Positions 19,301 to 27,456 of a stretch of 64,000 nt of DNA are shown piece by piece (the stretch's first letter is position 1; the number at the start of each line of letters is the position of its first letter). The stretch spans positions 1,621-65,620 of the forward strand of contig JAGVFW010000002.1 in NCBI GenBank assembly GCA_020057405.1. Direction: 5' to 3'. Both the position numbers and the translations under genes were made by a program. Below the pieces are notes generated by a model. The model saw only the letters and a list, made by a program, of their open reading frames with translations. It did no database searches and was not told where the DNA came from. The DNA comes from an archaeon (GTDB taxonomy: Archaea > Micrarchaeota > Micrarchaeia > Norongarragalinales > UBA97).

Positions 19301-19561
19301 GTCGATCACAGATGAAATTTCAGAATCAAGTTTGACGGAAGGGTCCGGCGTATATTGTACGTTATCGAATACTAGAGAATACGGTTCAGTTCTTCTGTTT
19401 ACGTTATTTGCTGTGATTTCTTCTTGCGTTAATGGTTCTGCTTTTAAGTAGCCTAGAGCAATATCTTGGACGGCAGGTTCAAGATTATTTGAAAATTTGC
19501 TAAGGGCATTAACTGACGTAAATAAAATAAGTGCAATGGCCAAGATGGCAAACTTCCTCAT
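16319..19561 (-). CDS. secreted subtilisin-like serine protease (peptidase S8) with a long C-terminal multi-domain extension
   Basis: Signal 'MRKFAILAIALILFTSVNALS'. Catalytic triad motifs present: 'VGIIDLD' (Asp), 'HGTFVASI' (His), 'GTSFAAPAVAGVVATL' (Ser). Many N-X-S/T sequons. Low-GC gene. Confidence 0.85.
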   Translation of the reverse strand: MRKFAILAIALILFTSVNALSKFSNNLEPAVQDIALGYLKAEPLTQEEITANNVNRRTEPYSLVFDNVQYTPDPSVKLDSEISSVIDVTGKPYFYGFIMVNDSIDKEKLKIIEQEGTVFLGYHTYHSILAKIPLSDLSRLQTLPFVRWVGVNRQNQKMTPGLYEMIKTKADLSEKVKVYITPFRGAESDLENYLKSIEVNSLTYLPIISAYHAEIPLASISNMANRNEVVYVELDLEHGQPTMNLASSAVSADYFRGNINLDGNPLRYDGRNVSVGIIDLDYNNTFPDLPNYTNSLCPNGVCASAAYVQSNQSHGTFVASILLGRGNLSNQKYLGIAPGISNLTFALYQSDNHSLAYYIGWISNTTPYPTLVSISDTAGLLSGVCGTDPVSRALDNATYFQNQTYVISAANNGPAFQTINYAPNCAKNAITVGSILDNGNNSGDTIDNESSRGFTPDNRTKPDISAPGYLITAANSTTGGYTTDSGTSFAAPAVAGVVATLMDHYPWLKGNASAVKALLMMSAIPLNSTKIDLSQTVGRDFMNTFGAGKVDSVLAHFQANDPTGWQSGLLFGNVSGGSGAFRYNLTLPSGVKRLVVVLAWSEKAADVGNSKAVWNDIGLYVDPGATGGLCQTGTNDSVQSFDNKQYVAIDNPPSGTTELKACTFSTTPDTMGNLVIGYMIIRGELRPEVVLHSTANVSVITVGKPFEITTSANTQQYMSSSVFMDFVPPAGVSVLGMRVTRQDAVTVTYGPGNTSINLGDIKYGGGFNIRSATWILNATTNGTKTYTTYINPSNGRLTATSINLSDQYGAPTITLSEPSVPYVTGAPTDIYYGASDPTNLTLSISCYGDSTNSSFNKNQTCFSDTPNDGAGNCDIRSWPVGKYYIWCSANNSYLTSKNYSTGYLYVWRLNLTKGWNLASFMVLPTNANITGVLSPINENYTKIQTYNATQGKWLTYDTSVSSSFQTLSKFSIGEGYWILMNVNATFMTDNGFRPTSTTLQFPHGWNMFAYPYEGRATSDALANLSSNFTKVQAYNQSSGKWLTYDPTLDSTFNTLKRMEAGIGYWIYVNSTVTSELRLSE

Positions 19562-19659
19562 CTACTGCATATCCGTAGCGGTGTGGAGTTTAAATTACTT
19601 TGGTAGGGTTTGCATCAACTAGCAGTTTATTGCGAACATTAGTGGGAGTTGAGTGGCTT

Positions 19660-21114
19660 TTAGTGTACTGGCGTAAAGTAAAAAATTTGAAATTCTTTTT
19701 TACCATTTTTATCTATTAAGTTAATGGAGCATGTCTGATTAGAATTCGGATTTAAATTTCGTGGGGCAAATTTGCTCTGAAATTCAAACTGGTTTTCCTC
19801 TGTAAAGTTGTAGTTAAAAATAGGGGGATATTCATCGAGTGGAAAGCTGTAACCATTGTTTCCAGAATTATCGGTGCAATTTCCTGAAATCCATTCTTCG
19901 TCATTAGTGCTAGTATTGCTAATGATGTATAGATCTATAGGGTGCGGCGGAACATCAACGCAGCTATGGACTCCAGTTAGATTATAGTCAAATTTCAATG
20001 CTGGCGTGCCATTGTCGAGAAATAAATCTGAGAAACCACAATTTTTTAATCCGTATTCGGGATATGTGCTAATTGATATGCAGTAATTCTGAATAATTTT
20101 TGCGACTCCGCTTTCATTTACTTGGGTGCATCTTTGTTGTAGGGTTTGTTGTCTCCAGTCTGGTTCGGGTTTGTTCCAGTTGTTGGGCTCAGTTTCGTGA
20201 TAGGTGAAGTTAAGTGCTAGTTTTGTTTCACTATTTTCGTTCACTTCGAGGGCGCAAGCGTATTGGGTCGTGTTCCATTCTTGGTTTCCTTGGGTTGGGC
20301 GTAAGAGCCAGTATGTGAATGAGCGTGAGGCGTCAAGGGGGCAGTTGTCTTTTTCGAAGTGGGCGTAGGTCGTCGTTGTTTCTGGCGAGGTGCATTTGAC
20401 GGTTATGTTGGCGTTTGCTTGGTGGTCGGAGTAGATTTTGAAGCTTTGCCAGTGAGAGTTGGCAATTAGTCGGGCGTTTTCGAATGGTGCAGTGAACTGG
20501 GTTCGGCATATGTTTCCGATGCAATTCCACGGCCAGATTGAACTCCGGTCGTTTAAGTCAATCTGACTCCAGTTGATATTAATCGCAAAGTTTGTCTGCG
20601 GGTCAGAAGTTAAGTGTGAATAGCTAGAATCTAAGTCGCGTAGGTAGAGGCAGTAGCCGTTCTGAAAGAAGGCCAGTCCAGTTTCGTTTGCTAGGCCGTG
20701 GCATTGCGTTTCCGTTAAGTCGGCAATCTCGCTTCGGTCAACTAGATAGAAGTTTACTCCGTTGGGGTTGCTGTCGGGGCCAACTGTGAGGCCACAGTTA
20801 GTGGGATTGCGTTCAGGGCCTTGCTGCTCGCTTGTACCGTAACCGAGGCCTATATCGTTAGGTCCTCCGTTGCCACCCGAACCTGGGGTTGGAGTTGGCG
20901 TGACTTCTGGCGTTGGAGATGGTGTAGGTGACGGCGTGGCTGTAGGTTCGGGTGTGGGAGTTGGCGTGAGTGTGGTGTTTGATGAGCTGCCGTCAGTGTC
21001 GTTAAAGCCGCCGCCAAAGGTGTGTATGGTTTTGGAAACTTCTTCTATGCAGCCAGCAAAAATTAGTGCAAAAGATAGCGCAACTGCGCAAAATGCCAAA
21101 ACACTCAGTTTCAT
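19660..21114 (-). CDS. secreted Cys-rich protein with an N-terminal lipobox-like signal and a Pro/Thr-rich linker
   Basis: 'MKLSVLAFCAVALSFALIFAGCIEE' looks like a signal peptide with an [LI]-[AF]-A-G-C lipobox. It is followed by 'TPTPTPEPTATPSPTPSPTPEVTPTPTPGSGGNGG'. About 20 Cys in the C-terminal domain. Very low GC. Confidence 0.6.
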   Translation of the reverse strand: MKLSVLAFCAVALSFALIFAGCIEEVSKTIHTFGGGFNDTDGSSSNTTLTPTPTPEPTATPSPTPSPTPEVTPTPTPGSGGNGGPNDIGLGYGTSEQQGPERNPTNCGLTVGPDSNPNGVNFYLVDRSEIADLTETQCHGLANETGLAFFQNGYCLYLRDLDSSYSHLTSDPQTNFAININWSQIDLNDRSSIWPWNCIGNICRTQFTAPFENARLIANSHWQSFKIYSDHQANANITVKCTSPETTTTYAHFEKDNCPLDASRSFTYWLLRPTQGNQEWNTTQYACALEVNENSETKLALNFTYHETEPNNWNKPEPDWRQQTLQQRCTQVNESGVAKIIQNYCISISTYPEYGLKNCGFSDLFLDNGTPALKFDYNLTGVHSCVDVPPHPIDLYIISNTSTNDEEWISGNCTDNSGNNGYSFPLDEYPPIFNYNFTEENQFEFQSKFAPRNLNPNSNQTCSINLIDKNGKKEFQIFYFTPVH

Positions 21115-21178
21115 CCCAATTTACGTAAAGCTTAGTGTTGGGCGGAATTTAAGGACTTCGGAAAGACCAGCCCCGAGG

Positions 21179-22099
21179 CTAACCCTTAAGCACCTCGAAC
21201 TTGCTTTCGTAGTCGGATTCCTTTAGTTGCTTGAAGCGCGCGATGCCCTCCTTGAGCGTGGGGATCTTGCGGCCGAGCGTTTTCTCAAGCTTGCTTGAGT
21301 TTAGCGACACGTCGCGCGGGCGGTTTGCCGCAAGCATGCCGTCCTTTAGCTCAACTGGCTCGATTAGCGCCTTGTCAAAGCCGAAAGTCTCTGCCATTTG
21401 GGTTGCGAACTGCACGCGGTTGACGCGGTCGGGCGCCCCGCAGTGGAAAATTCCGGTCGCGTCGCTGACCACGAGCTCGCTAATCACCGCCGCCAAATCG
21501 TTTGCAAGCATCGGCGTGTTGAACTGGTTTGAAAACGCCTTGAATGGCGTTCCAGCGGAGAAGCTTTCGTAGAACATCATCGCGTAGTTTTTCTTGCCCC
21601 GCACGTTAAGGCCGTACATCGTCGTCCGCACTGCGGCGAAGTTGCCTCCTGCAGCGACGACGGCATTCTCGCCGTTGAACTTTGAAACAGAATAGTAGTT
21701 GGCCGGGTTCGTCTCGTCTGTCTCGACGTACATTCCTCCCGGTTTCTTGCCGTCGAAGACAAAGTCGGTCGAGACGTGAACGAGGCGAATGTCTTTTGCC
21801 TTGCAGTAGGCGGCGGCATTGGCGGGTGCAGTTGCGTTTAGCGCGTCCGCTTCGGCGTGGTGGTCTTCGCAGTAGTCGACGTTTGTAAGGGCCGCAGTGT
21901 GGATGATTGCGTCTGGTTTAGCGCTGTCGAATGCGGCCTTTAGGGCGGCAGGGTTGCAAATGTCGGCCTTGAGGCTACTGCAGTTGCCGTACTTGACGAC
22001 GCTTGCGTCGCTAAGTAAGTAAAGCTCATGGCTTTGCGAAAGTTTGTGGGCGAGTGCTGTGCCAAGCAGGCCAGTTCCGCCCGTTACTACAATGCGCAT
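21179..22099 (-). CDS. rmlD: dTDP-4-dehydrorhamnose reductase-like (RmlD family SDR)
   Basis: 'MRIVVTGGTGLLGTAL' and RmlD-like length/architecture (about 306 aa). The start is taken at 22099, after a G-rich SD-like stretch. The track ORF starts at 22138. Confidence 0.6.
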   Translation of the reverse strand: MRIVVTGGTGLLGTALAHKLSQSHELYLLSDASVVKYGNCSSLKADICNPAALKAAFDSAKPDAIIHTAALTNVDYCEDHHAEADALNATAPANAAAYCKAKDIRLVHVSTDFVFDGKKPGGMYVETDETNPANYYSVSKFNGENAVVAAGGNFAAVRTTMYGLNVRGKKNYAMMFYESFSAGTPFKAFSNQFNTPMLANDLAAVISELVVSDATGIFHCGAPDRVNRVQFATQMAETFGFDKALIEPVELKDGMLAANRPRDVSLNSSKLEKTLGRKIPTLKEGIARFKQLKESDYESKFEVLKG

Positions 22100-22116
22100 G
22101 CTTTTCTTGCCCCCCG

Positions 22117-23142
22117 TTAAATCAGCTTGTCTTTCCAAGTGAGGGGGATTTTGTCGCTGTGCAGCTCGAAGTCGTCGAGGTAAACCGGCTTTTGGGCGCC
22201 CATTGAGCGCGCCCAGGCTATCATCTTCTCGATTCCGTCTTCAAGGTGCACGGTTGTGTTGTAGCCAAGCATCTTGCGCGCCTTGTCAACGGTGCAGTAC
22301 GCTTCCTTGACTTCCTTTGGCCTTGGCGGCAGGTGCTTTGGAGTGTATTTCTTGTCCCAGTCCTTCGTGCCGAAGTACTTCTCGAGCACGATTTCCCCAA
22401 GGTGGTTGATCGTGACTTCCTCGACTGGCCCGATGTTGAAGATTTCGCCGTTGACCTTGTCGTCAAACCCGGCTTTGGTAATGTAAGGTGTGAAGTCGTC
22501 GATGTAGGAGAACGCGCGCGTTTGCTCGCCGTCGCCGTAAACGTAGAAGTTCTTGTTGTTCATCAGGCAGTTGATGAAGATGCTCATGACATTGCGGTAG
22601 GGGTCAGACAGGTTCTGTCGCGGGCCGTAGACGTTGTGAGGCCGGATAATCGTGTAGTCGAAGTTGTGCACTTCGCTCAAGATTTCCGTCGAGCGCTCCA
22701 TCGCGGTCTTGGCAAGGCCATAGATATCCTCGGGCTTGCGGTCAAGGTCCTCCGAGAAGGGTGGCGTCTGCGCGCCGTAGACGCTCATGCTGCTAGTCAG
22801 CACGACTTTCTTTAGCGCTCCGCTTCGGATTGCGGGGACTAGCGTGTTGAGGTACGCCATGTAATTGCGTTCGGTGCACTGCACAGGCGTGAATTGGCTT
22901 CTCCCTTCGGTCGCGTCGGCGGCCAGATGGTAAATGAGCTCTGGCTTGATTTCAGAAACGTACTTGTTCGTCGCCTCGCGGTCGCGCAGGTCGAGTTGCT
23001 TGAACTTGCAGGCAGGGTTGACGTTTCGCATAAAGCCGCCGCTAAGATCGTCGACGCTGTGCACTTCGTGGCCCTTGGCAACGAGGGCATCTGCTAGGTG
23101 AGAACCCATGAAACCGGCTGCGCCGGTGACTAGTATACGCAT
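22117..23142 (-). CDS. NAD-dependent nucleotide-sugar epimerase/dehydratase (extended SDR)
   Basis: 'MRILVTGAAGFMGSHLADALVAKGHEV' Rossmann motif with a YxxxK catalytic motif. Confidence 0.8.
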   Translation of the reverse strand: MRILVTGAAGFMGSHLADALVAKGHEVHSVDDLSGGFMRNVNPACKFKQLDLRDREATNKYVSEIKPELIYHLAADATEGRSQFTPVQCTERNYMAYLNTLVPAIRSGALKKVVLTSSMSVYGAQTPPFSEDLDRKPEDIYGLAKTAMERSTEILSEVHNFDYTIIRPHNVYGPRQNLSDPYRNVMSIFINCLMNNKNFYVYGDGEQTRAFSYIDDFTPYITKAGFDDKVNGEIFNIGPVEEVTINHLGEIVLEKYFGTKDWDKKYTPKHLPPRPKEVKEAYCTVDKARKMLGYNTTVHLEDGIEKMIAWARSMGAQKPVYLDDFELHSDKIPLTWKDKLI

Positions 23143-23168
23143 AGCACTTCCCCAAGTAAAGTTTGTCT

Positions 23169-24143
23169 TTAAGCTTTAATAAACTCGTTGTAAAGCCCCT
23201 CGTAATTCTCCCGCGAGGACTGCTTTAGCGCCATAGTTTGGGGCAAATGGACGATATTCCAAAGCAGGCTGTACGCCGCAAGCACGAGTAAAAATGGCCG
23301 GCGCACAAAACCCGCGAGCGCGTTTTTGAACACCTGCACTTGGTAGCGCGCGGCTTCGGCGAGAGTGAAGTGCTTGAGCATGAAGCGCAGGCCATTGCGG
23401 CTGCCGTGAAGCCTGATTTGCCAGTAGAACTTTGAGAAAATTCCTGCGCGCTTGTTCTTTGACGGGTCGGTCGTTCCCGACACTTCGTGCTCGACAATGG
23501 CGTCGGGCACGTAGACTGTCTTGAAGCCCGCTTTCTTGGCGCGCAGGCAGTAGTCGGGCCCTTCCATCAGGATGAACCACGCGGGGTCAAGCAGCCCGGT
23601 TCTTTCAAGCGCAGTGCGCTTTAGCGCAAAGGCGGGTTCGTAAATGTAGTCAAGCACCATCGGCTTGTTCCACTGCCCTTTGTCAACCTCATCCTGGCCG
23701 AAGTGCTTTGAGCCAAGCGGATTGTCTTTCGAGAACATTCCCCCGCCAGCCGCCTGAAGCTTGCGCGTGCCAATGTAGCGGATTTTGCAGCCGAAAACCC
23801 CGGCCTTCGGGTCCGCCTCGCCTGCCTTGATAATGGCAGAAAAGAAGTTCTTGTCAAGCAAAATGTCGGTGTTGAGGACAAAGACGTAATCGGCCCCGTG
23901 GGCAAGTGCGTAAGCGATGCCGGCGTTGTTGCCTCCCGCCCAGCCAAGGTTGTGCGGCAGTTGGATGAGCTTGACTTTCGGGTAGTGCTTTCGCAAAAAC
24001 GCAGTGCTGCCGTCGGAGCTTCCGCTGTCGACCACAATCGCCTGCACTTTCCCGCCAGCCGCCTTGCCAAACGCAGGCATGCAATATTGCAGGTAGCGCA
24101 GGCCGTTGTAGTTGAGGAACACTGCAGCCGCTTTCTTTGCCAT
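23169..24143 (-). CDS. GT2 glycosyltransferase
   Basis: 'AAAVFLNYNGLRYLQYCMPAF...AIVVDSGSSDGS' GT2 domain. ATG at 24143; the track ORF uses GTG 24152. Confidence 0.8.
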   Translation of the reverse strand: MAKKAAAVFLNYNGLRYLQYCMPAFGKAAGGKVQAIVVDSGSSDGSTAFLRKHYPKVKLIQLPHNLGWAGGNNAGIAYALAHGADYVFVLNTDILLDKNFFSAIIKAGEADPKAGVFGCKIRYIGTRKLQAAGGGMFSKDNPLGSKHFGQDEVDKGQWNKPMVLDYIYEPAFALKRTALERTGLLDPAWFILMEGPDYCLRAKKAGFKTVYVPDAIVEHEVSGTTDPSKNKRAGIFSKFYWQIRLHGSRNGLRFMLKHFTLAEAARYQVQVFKNALAGFVRRPFLLVLAAYSLLWNIVHLPQTMALKQSSRENYEGLYNEFIKA

Positions 24144-24152
24144 TCTAAACAC

Positions 24153-24236
24153 TCTATAATCCAGTCAAGAATATATATTCAAAAGCTGTAATTGTTTTGC
24201 AAGGCAAAACCGGTCTTGCAACTTAATGGTGGAATT
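24153..24236. promoter_or_regulatory. AT-rich divergent intergenic region with TATA-like elements serving GT2 (23169-24143, -) and GT2 (24237-24983, +)
   Basis: 'ctctataatcc' and 'gaatatatattc' sit in an otherwise 60% GC context. Archaeal TATA-box-like. Confidence 0.4.
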
Positions 24237-24983
24237 ATGTACGGCAAGCACAAAGTCATCGTAGTCATGCCCGGCCACAACGTCGAGCGCACGCTCAAGC
24301 GCACTTACGACGAGGTCATGGCGCAAAAAATCGTCGACAAAGTAATTCTAGTCGATGACGGCAGCACGGATAGGACTGCAGCCATCGGCAAGACGCTCAA
24401 GTCCGTGCAAGTCATTTCACACCCGAAGAACCGCGGCTACGGTGCTGCCCAAAAGACGGGCTACAACGCGGCCCTGAAGGCTGGTGGCGACATTGTCATC
24501 ATGGTCCACCCCGACTACCAGTACACGCCTAAACTCATTCCGCCACTGACGGCACTTTTGGCGACAGGACTCTACGATTGCGCCCTTGGCTCGCGCATCA
24601 TCGGCGGCCACCCCCTAAGCGGCGGAATGCCGCCCTGGCGCTACGTCTCAAACCGCCTCCTAACATTTTTTGAAAACGTCATGATGGGTTCGAAACTCTC
24701 GGAATTCCATTCAGGCTACCGGGCCTTCACGCGCAAACTACTGCAAACGGTTCCCTACAATCGGTGCTCGGATGACTTTGTTTTTGACAACCAGATGCTT
24801 GCGCAAATTCTCTGGTCGGGCCTCAACATTGGGGAAGTCACTTGCCCGACTCTCTATTTCGAGGAAGCTTCCTCAATGAGCATCAAGAAAAGCGTAAAGT
24901 ACGGCGTGGGCTGCGTTGAGACCGCGCTTACCTACCGGCTTGCCAAGCTGGGCCTCGCCGGCTCGTCCCTCTACAGCCGCTAA
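24237..24983 (+). CDS. GT2 dolichyl-phosphate hexose synthase-like
   Basis: 'HKVIVVMPGHNVERTL...VILVDDGSTDRTAAIG' is DPM1/Alg5-like. The start is taken at ATG 24237; the track ORF begins at 24192. Immediately upstream of a GT-C membrane protein. Confidence 0.75.
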   Translation: MYGKHKVIVVMPGHNVERTLKRTYDEVMAQKIVDKVILVDDGSTDRTAAIGKTLKSVQVISHPKNRGYGAAQKTGYNAALKAGGDIVIMVHPDYQYTPKLIPPLTALLATGLYDCALGSRIIGGHPLSGGMPPWRYVSNRLLTFFENVMMGSKLSEFHSGYRAFTRKLLQTVPYNRCSDDFVFDNQMLAQILWSGLNIGEVTCPTLYFEEASSMSIKKSVKYGVGCVETALTYRLAKLGLAGSSLYSR

Positions 24984-25022
24984 AGTCGCCTGCTTAAATT
25001 CCAGCGCCGGCAAAACAACTTA

Positions 25023-26465
25023 ATGGACAAGAAGTTCGCCGCGTTCTTCGTCGCGGCAGTGCTCGTTTACGCTTCAGTTGCCATTTTCTACCCGCTAGTC
25101 GGCGACGAGCAGATTCACGGCTACTTCGCGCGCTGGACTGCCGAGCATATGCAGTTGCCCATCAGCCAGAAAGTAAACGGCCTGCTTTGGTACCACTACC
25201 CGCCCGCCTATGCAGTCGTGGCAGGCTTCTTCGTCAAGCTCTTCTCCGGCTTAATCGGCGCGATTCTTTCCGCCCGCATCTACGCCTTCATCGCATCGCT
25301 TGCAACATTCGTCCTCGTCTACAAGTTCGTCACCAAGCGGCTGCCGCAGGCTGATACGACTATTCTTCTTGCCTACCTAGTCGCCTCGCCGTTTCTCTCA
25401 AGCAACGCCGGCATTGCCACAATCACTCCGCTAGGCCTGCTAACTAGTTTTGCGACAATCTACTTGCTCTACGAGTTCTTCGACAAGCCGACGACTCGCA
25501 GCGCGCTTTTGCTTGCTGGCGCACTCGCCGCGGCACTCCTCACACACTACTACCTCCTGACGCTGCCTCTTGCAATCCTCGCCGCCGCCTATTTCAACCG
25601 CGAGCGCGTCAACTGGCGGTTCCTCATCGGCGCCCTCGCCCTCGGCTGCGCGGTAGGTGGTTCGTTCTACGCCTACAACCTCATCACCTACGGCCAGTTC
25701 GGCGGCCCTAGCTCGTCAACAATCGGCCAGCTCGTCTCGCCCTTTGACCCAGGCTGCGTCTACATCGACGGTTGGCTAAGCGGGCTTAACGGATTTGTGC
25801 ACTTTGACGACTCTTTTGCCCGCATTGACGGCCGCCTCAAGTTTCTGCCAATCTCGACAAAGTGGCTCTGGAGCGCCGGAATCGCCTTCCTCTACCTGCT
25901 CATCGCAGCCGGCGCGGTTGCAAGCGCAAAGAAAGACCGCGGCCTAATCGCAATTGCATTCATTTCCCTGCCCACCCTCGTTCTCGGCAACTGCTTCATC
26001 CGCTATTCGGGCGTCCTGCCGTTGCTCTTCGGTGTGTTCCTCACCATCGGCGTAAACGCAGTCGGCCCGAAGCTGGAAAAGCCAGTCAAGGTAGTCGTGC
26101 TCCTCCTCCTTGCAGTACTGCTAGTGCAGACGTTCCTCACCATGCAGGGCGTACGGGAAAGCAAGGTTCCAATTTACGATTTCATCAAGGCAGTGCCCGA
26201 CCGCGTTGACGCGAAAGACTTGTGTTTCTTCTCGCACCCTGGCGAGCCGATTTCAGTTCTTGCGACGCTGCTTACCAACCAGGAAATCCAGCCCTGCCAC
26301 GACGGCGGCTATACTACAAACGTCCTCGTGCTCAAGGACCTGCGCACCTTTGAACGCGACTACACGCCTGAAGACCTGGCAAAACTCAACAACGATTACG
26401 TGCTAGTCGATTCGCAAAAGGGCGGGGACAACGAAATCGCCCTCTACAAGCTCAAAACCGGCTAG
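25023..26465 (+). CDS. polytopic GT-C glycosyltransferase, PMT/ArnT-like
   Basis: 480 aa, about 12 TM segments. DE motif after TM1: 'FYPLVGDEQIHGYFARW'. Confidence 0.55.
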   Translation: MDKKFAAFFVAAVLVYASVAIFYPLVGDEQIHGYFARWTAEHMQLPISQKVNGLLWYHYPPAYAVVAGFFVKLFSGLIGAILSARIYAFIASLATFVLVYKFVTKRLPQADTTILLAYLVASPFLSSNAGIATITPLGLLTSFATIYLLYEFFDKPTTRSALLLAGALAAALLTHYYLLTLPLAILAAAYFNRERVNWRFLIGALALGCAVGGSFYAYNLITYGQFGGPSSSTIGQLVSPFDPGCVYIDGWLSGLNGFVHFDDSFARIDGRLKFLPISTKWLWSAGIAFLYLLIAAGAVASAKKDRGLIAIAFISLPTLVLGNCFIRYSGVLPLLFGVFLTIGVNAVGPKLEKPVKVVVLLLLAVLLVQTFLTMQGVRESKVPIYDFIKAVPDRVDAKDLCFFSHPGEPISVLATLLTNQEIQPCHDGGYTTNVLVLKDLRTFERDYTPEDLAKLNNDYVLVDSQKGGDNEIALYKLKTG

Positions 26466-26515
26466 CCCGTCAGCCTGACGCAATTTATTACCCTGAAAGC
26501 AGTAAGGTTTTCACA

Positions 26516-27436
26516 ATGGCAAAGAAAGCGCCCCTCGTAGTCGCAGTCGTCCTCACCTGGAATGACTCCCAGGCTGCCCTAAAGTGCGTGCGGTCTGTGC
26601 TCGCAAGCGACTACGCCAACCTGCAGGTGGTGCTTTTAGACAACGCAAGCAACGACGGCACCCCCGCAGCTGCAGGAACGGCTTTCGGCGCAAACAAGCG
26701 CTTTTCGCTCATCGTGAATGACTCAAACCGCGGATACGTCGCCAACAACGTCGGCATCAAGGAAGGCCTCAAGCGCGGCGCCGACTTCGTCCTCATACTC
26801 AACAACGACACTGTAGTTGAGAAGAACGCCGTCTCGCGGATGGTTGCAACAGCCGTAGACTACCCAAACGCCGCGGCAATCGCCCCCTTACTTGTGCTTG
26901 GCAACGACCCGACGCGCGTCTGGAGCGCCGGCACTGGATTCAACAGCATCATCTTCAAGCCGGTCCTGTGGGGCCGCGGCAAGCCCGTCTCGTGTTTCAC
27001 CGAACCAAGGGAAGTGCCGCTCGCCGTTGGCGCAGCTCTACTCGTGCGCACCCAAGCCATCCGCAAAGTCGGCCTGCTTGACGAGAAGTACTTCATCTAC
27101 AATGAAGAGACGAAATGGGAGATTCTGATGAAGCGCGCTGGCTATACTTTTGTCCTTGAGCCTGCCGCACGCGTCGTCCACTCAGTTGGCGAGGCCTTCG
27201 GCGGCGGCGAGACGCCAGTTGCAACTTACTACCTCGTGCGAAACCGGGGTTACCTAATTGCCGACTTGTGCCCACTTTACCTAAAGCCCATCGCCTACGC
27301 CTCTCTTTTAGCTGAGACTGTGCTGCGGGCAGTCCGTGGCATCGTTTCCGGCAAGCACGGTCACGCAAGCGCGGCGCTAACGGGTTTGGGACACTTTCTT
27401 ACCGGCGTGACGGGCAGAAAGCCCGGAATGAAGTAA
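26516..27436 (+). CDS. GT2 glycosyltransferase
   Basis: 'LVVAVVLTWNDSQAALKCVRSVLASDYANLQVVLLDNASNDGT' GT2 domain. Confidence 0.85.
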   Translation: MAKKAPLVVAVVLTWNDSQAALKCVRSVLASDYANLQVVLLDNASNDGTPAAAGTAFGANKRFSLIVNDSNRGYVANNVGIKEGLKRGADFVLILNNDTVVEKNAVSRMVATAVDYPNAAAIAPLLVLGNDPTRVWSAGTGFNSIIFKPVLWGRGKPVSCFTEPREVPLAVGAALLVRTQAIRKVGLLDEKYFIYNEETKWEILMKRAGYTFVLEPAARVVHSVGEAFGGGETPVATYYLVRNRGYLIADLCPLYLKPIAYASLLAETVLRAVRGIVSGKHGHASAALTGLGHFLTGVTGRKPGMK

Positions 27437-27456
27437 CGCTTGCAGCAATCGCGGCC

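Noticed and set aside
22246-22815. 189-aa + strand ORF inside the SDR epimerase gene (22117-23142, -)
   Set aside because: Antisense to a well-supported CDS. Composition is dominated by Val/Asp/Arg, as expected from the reverse frame of a GC-rich gene.
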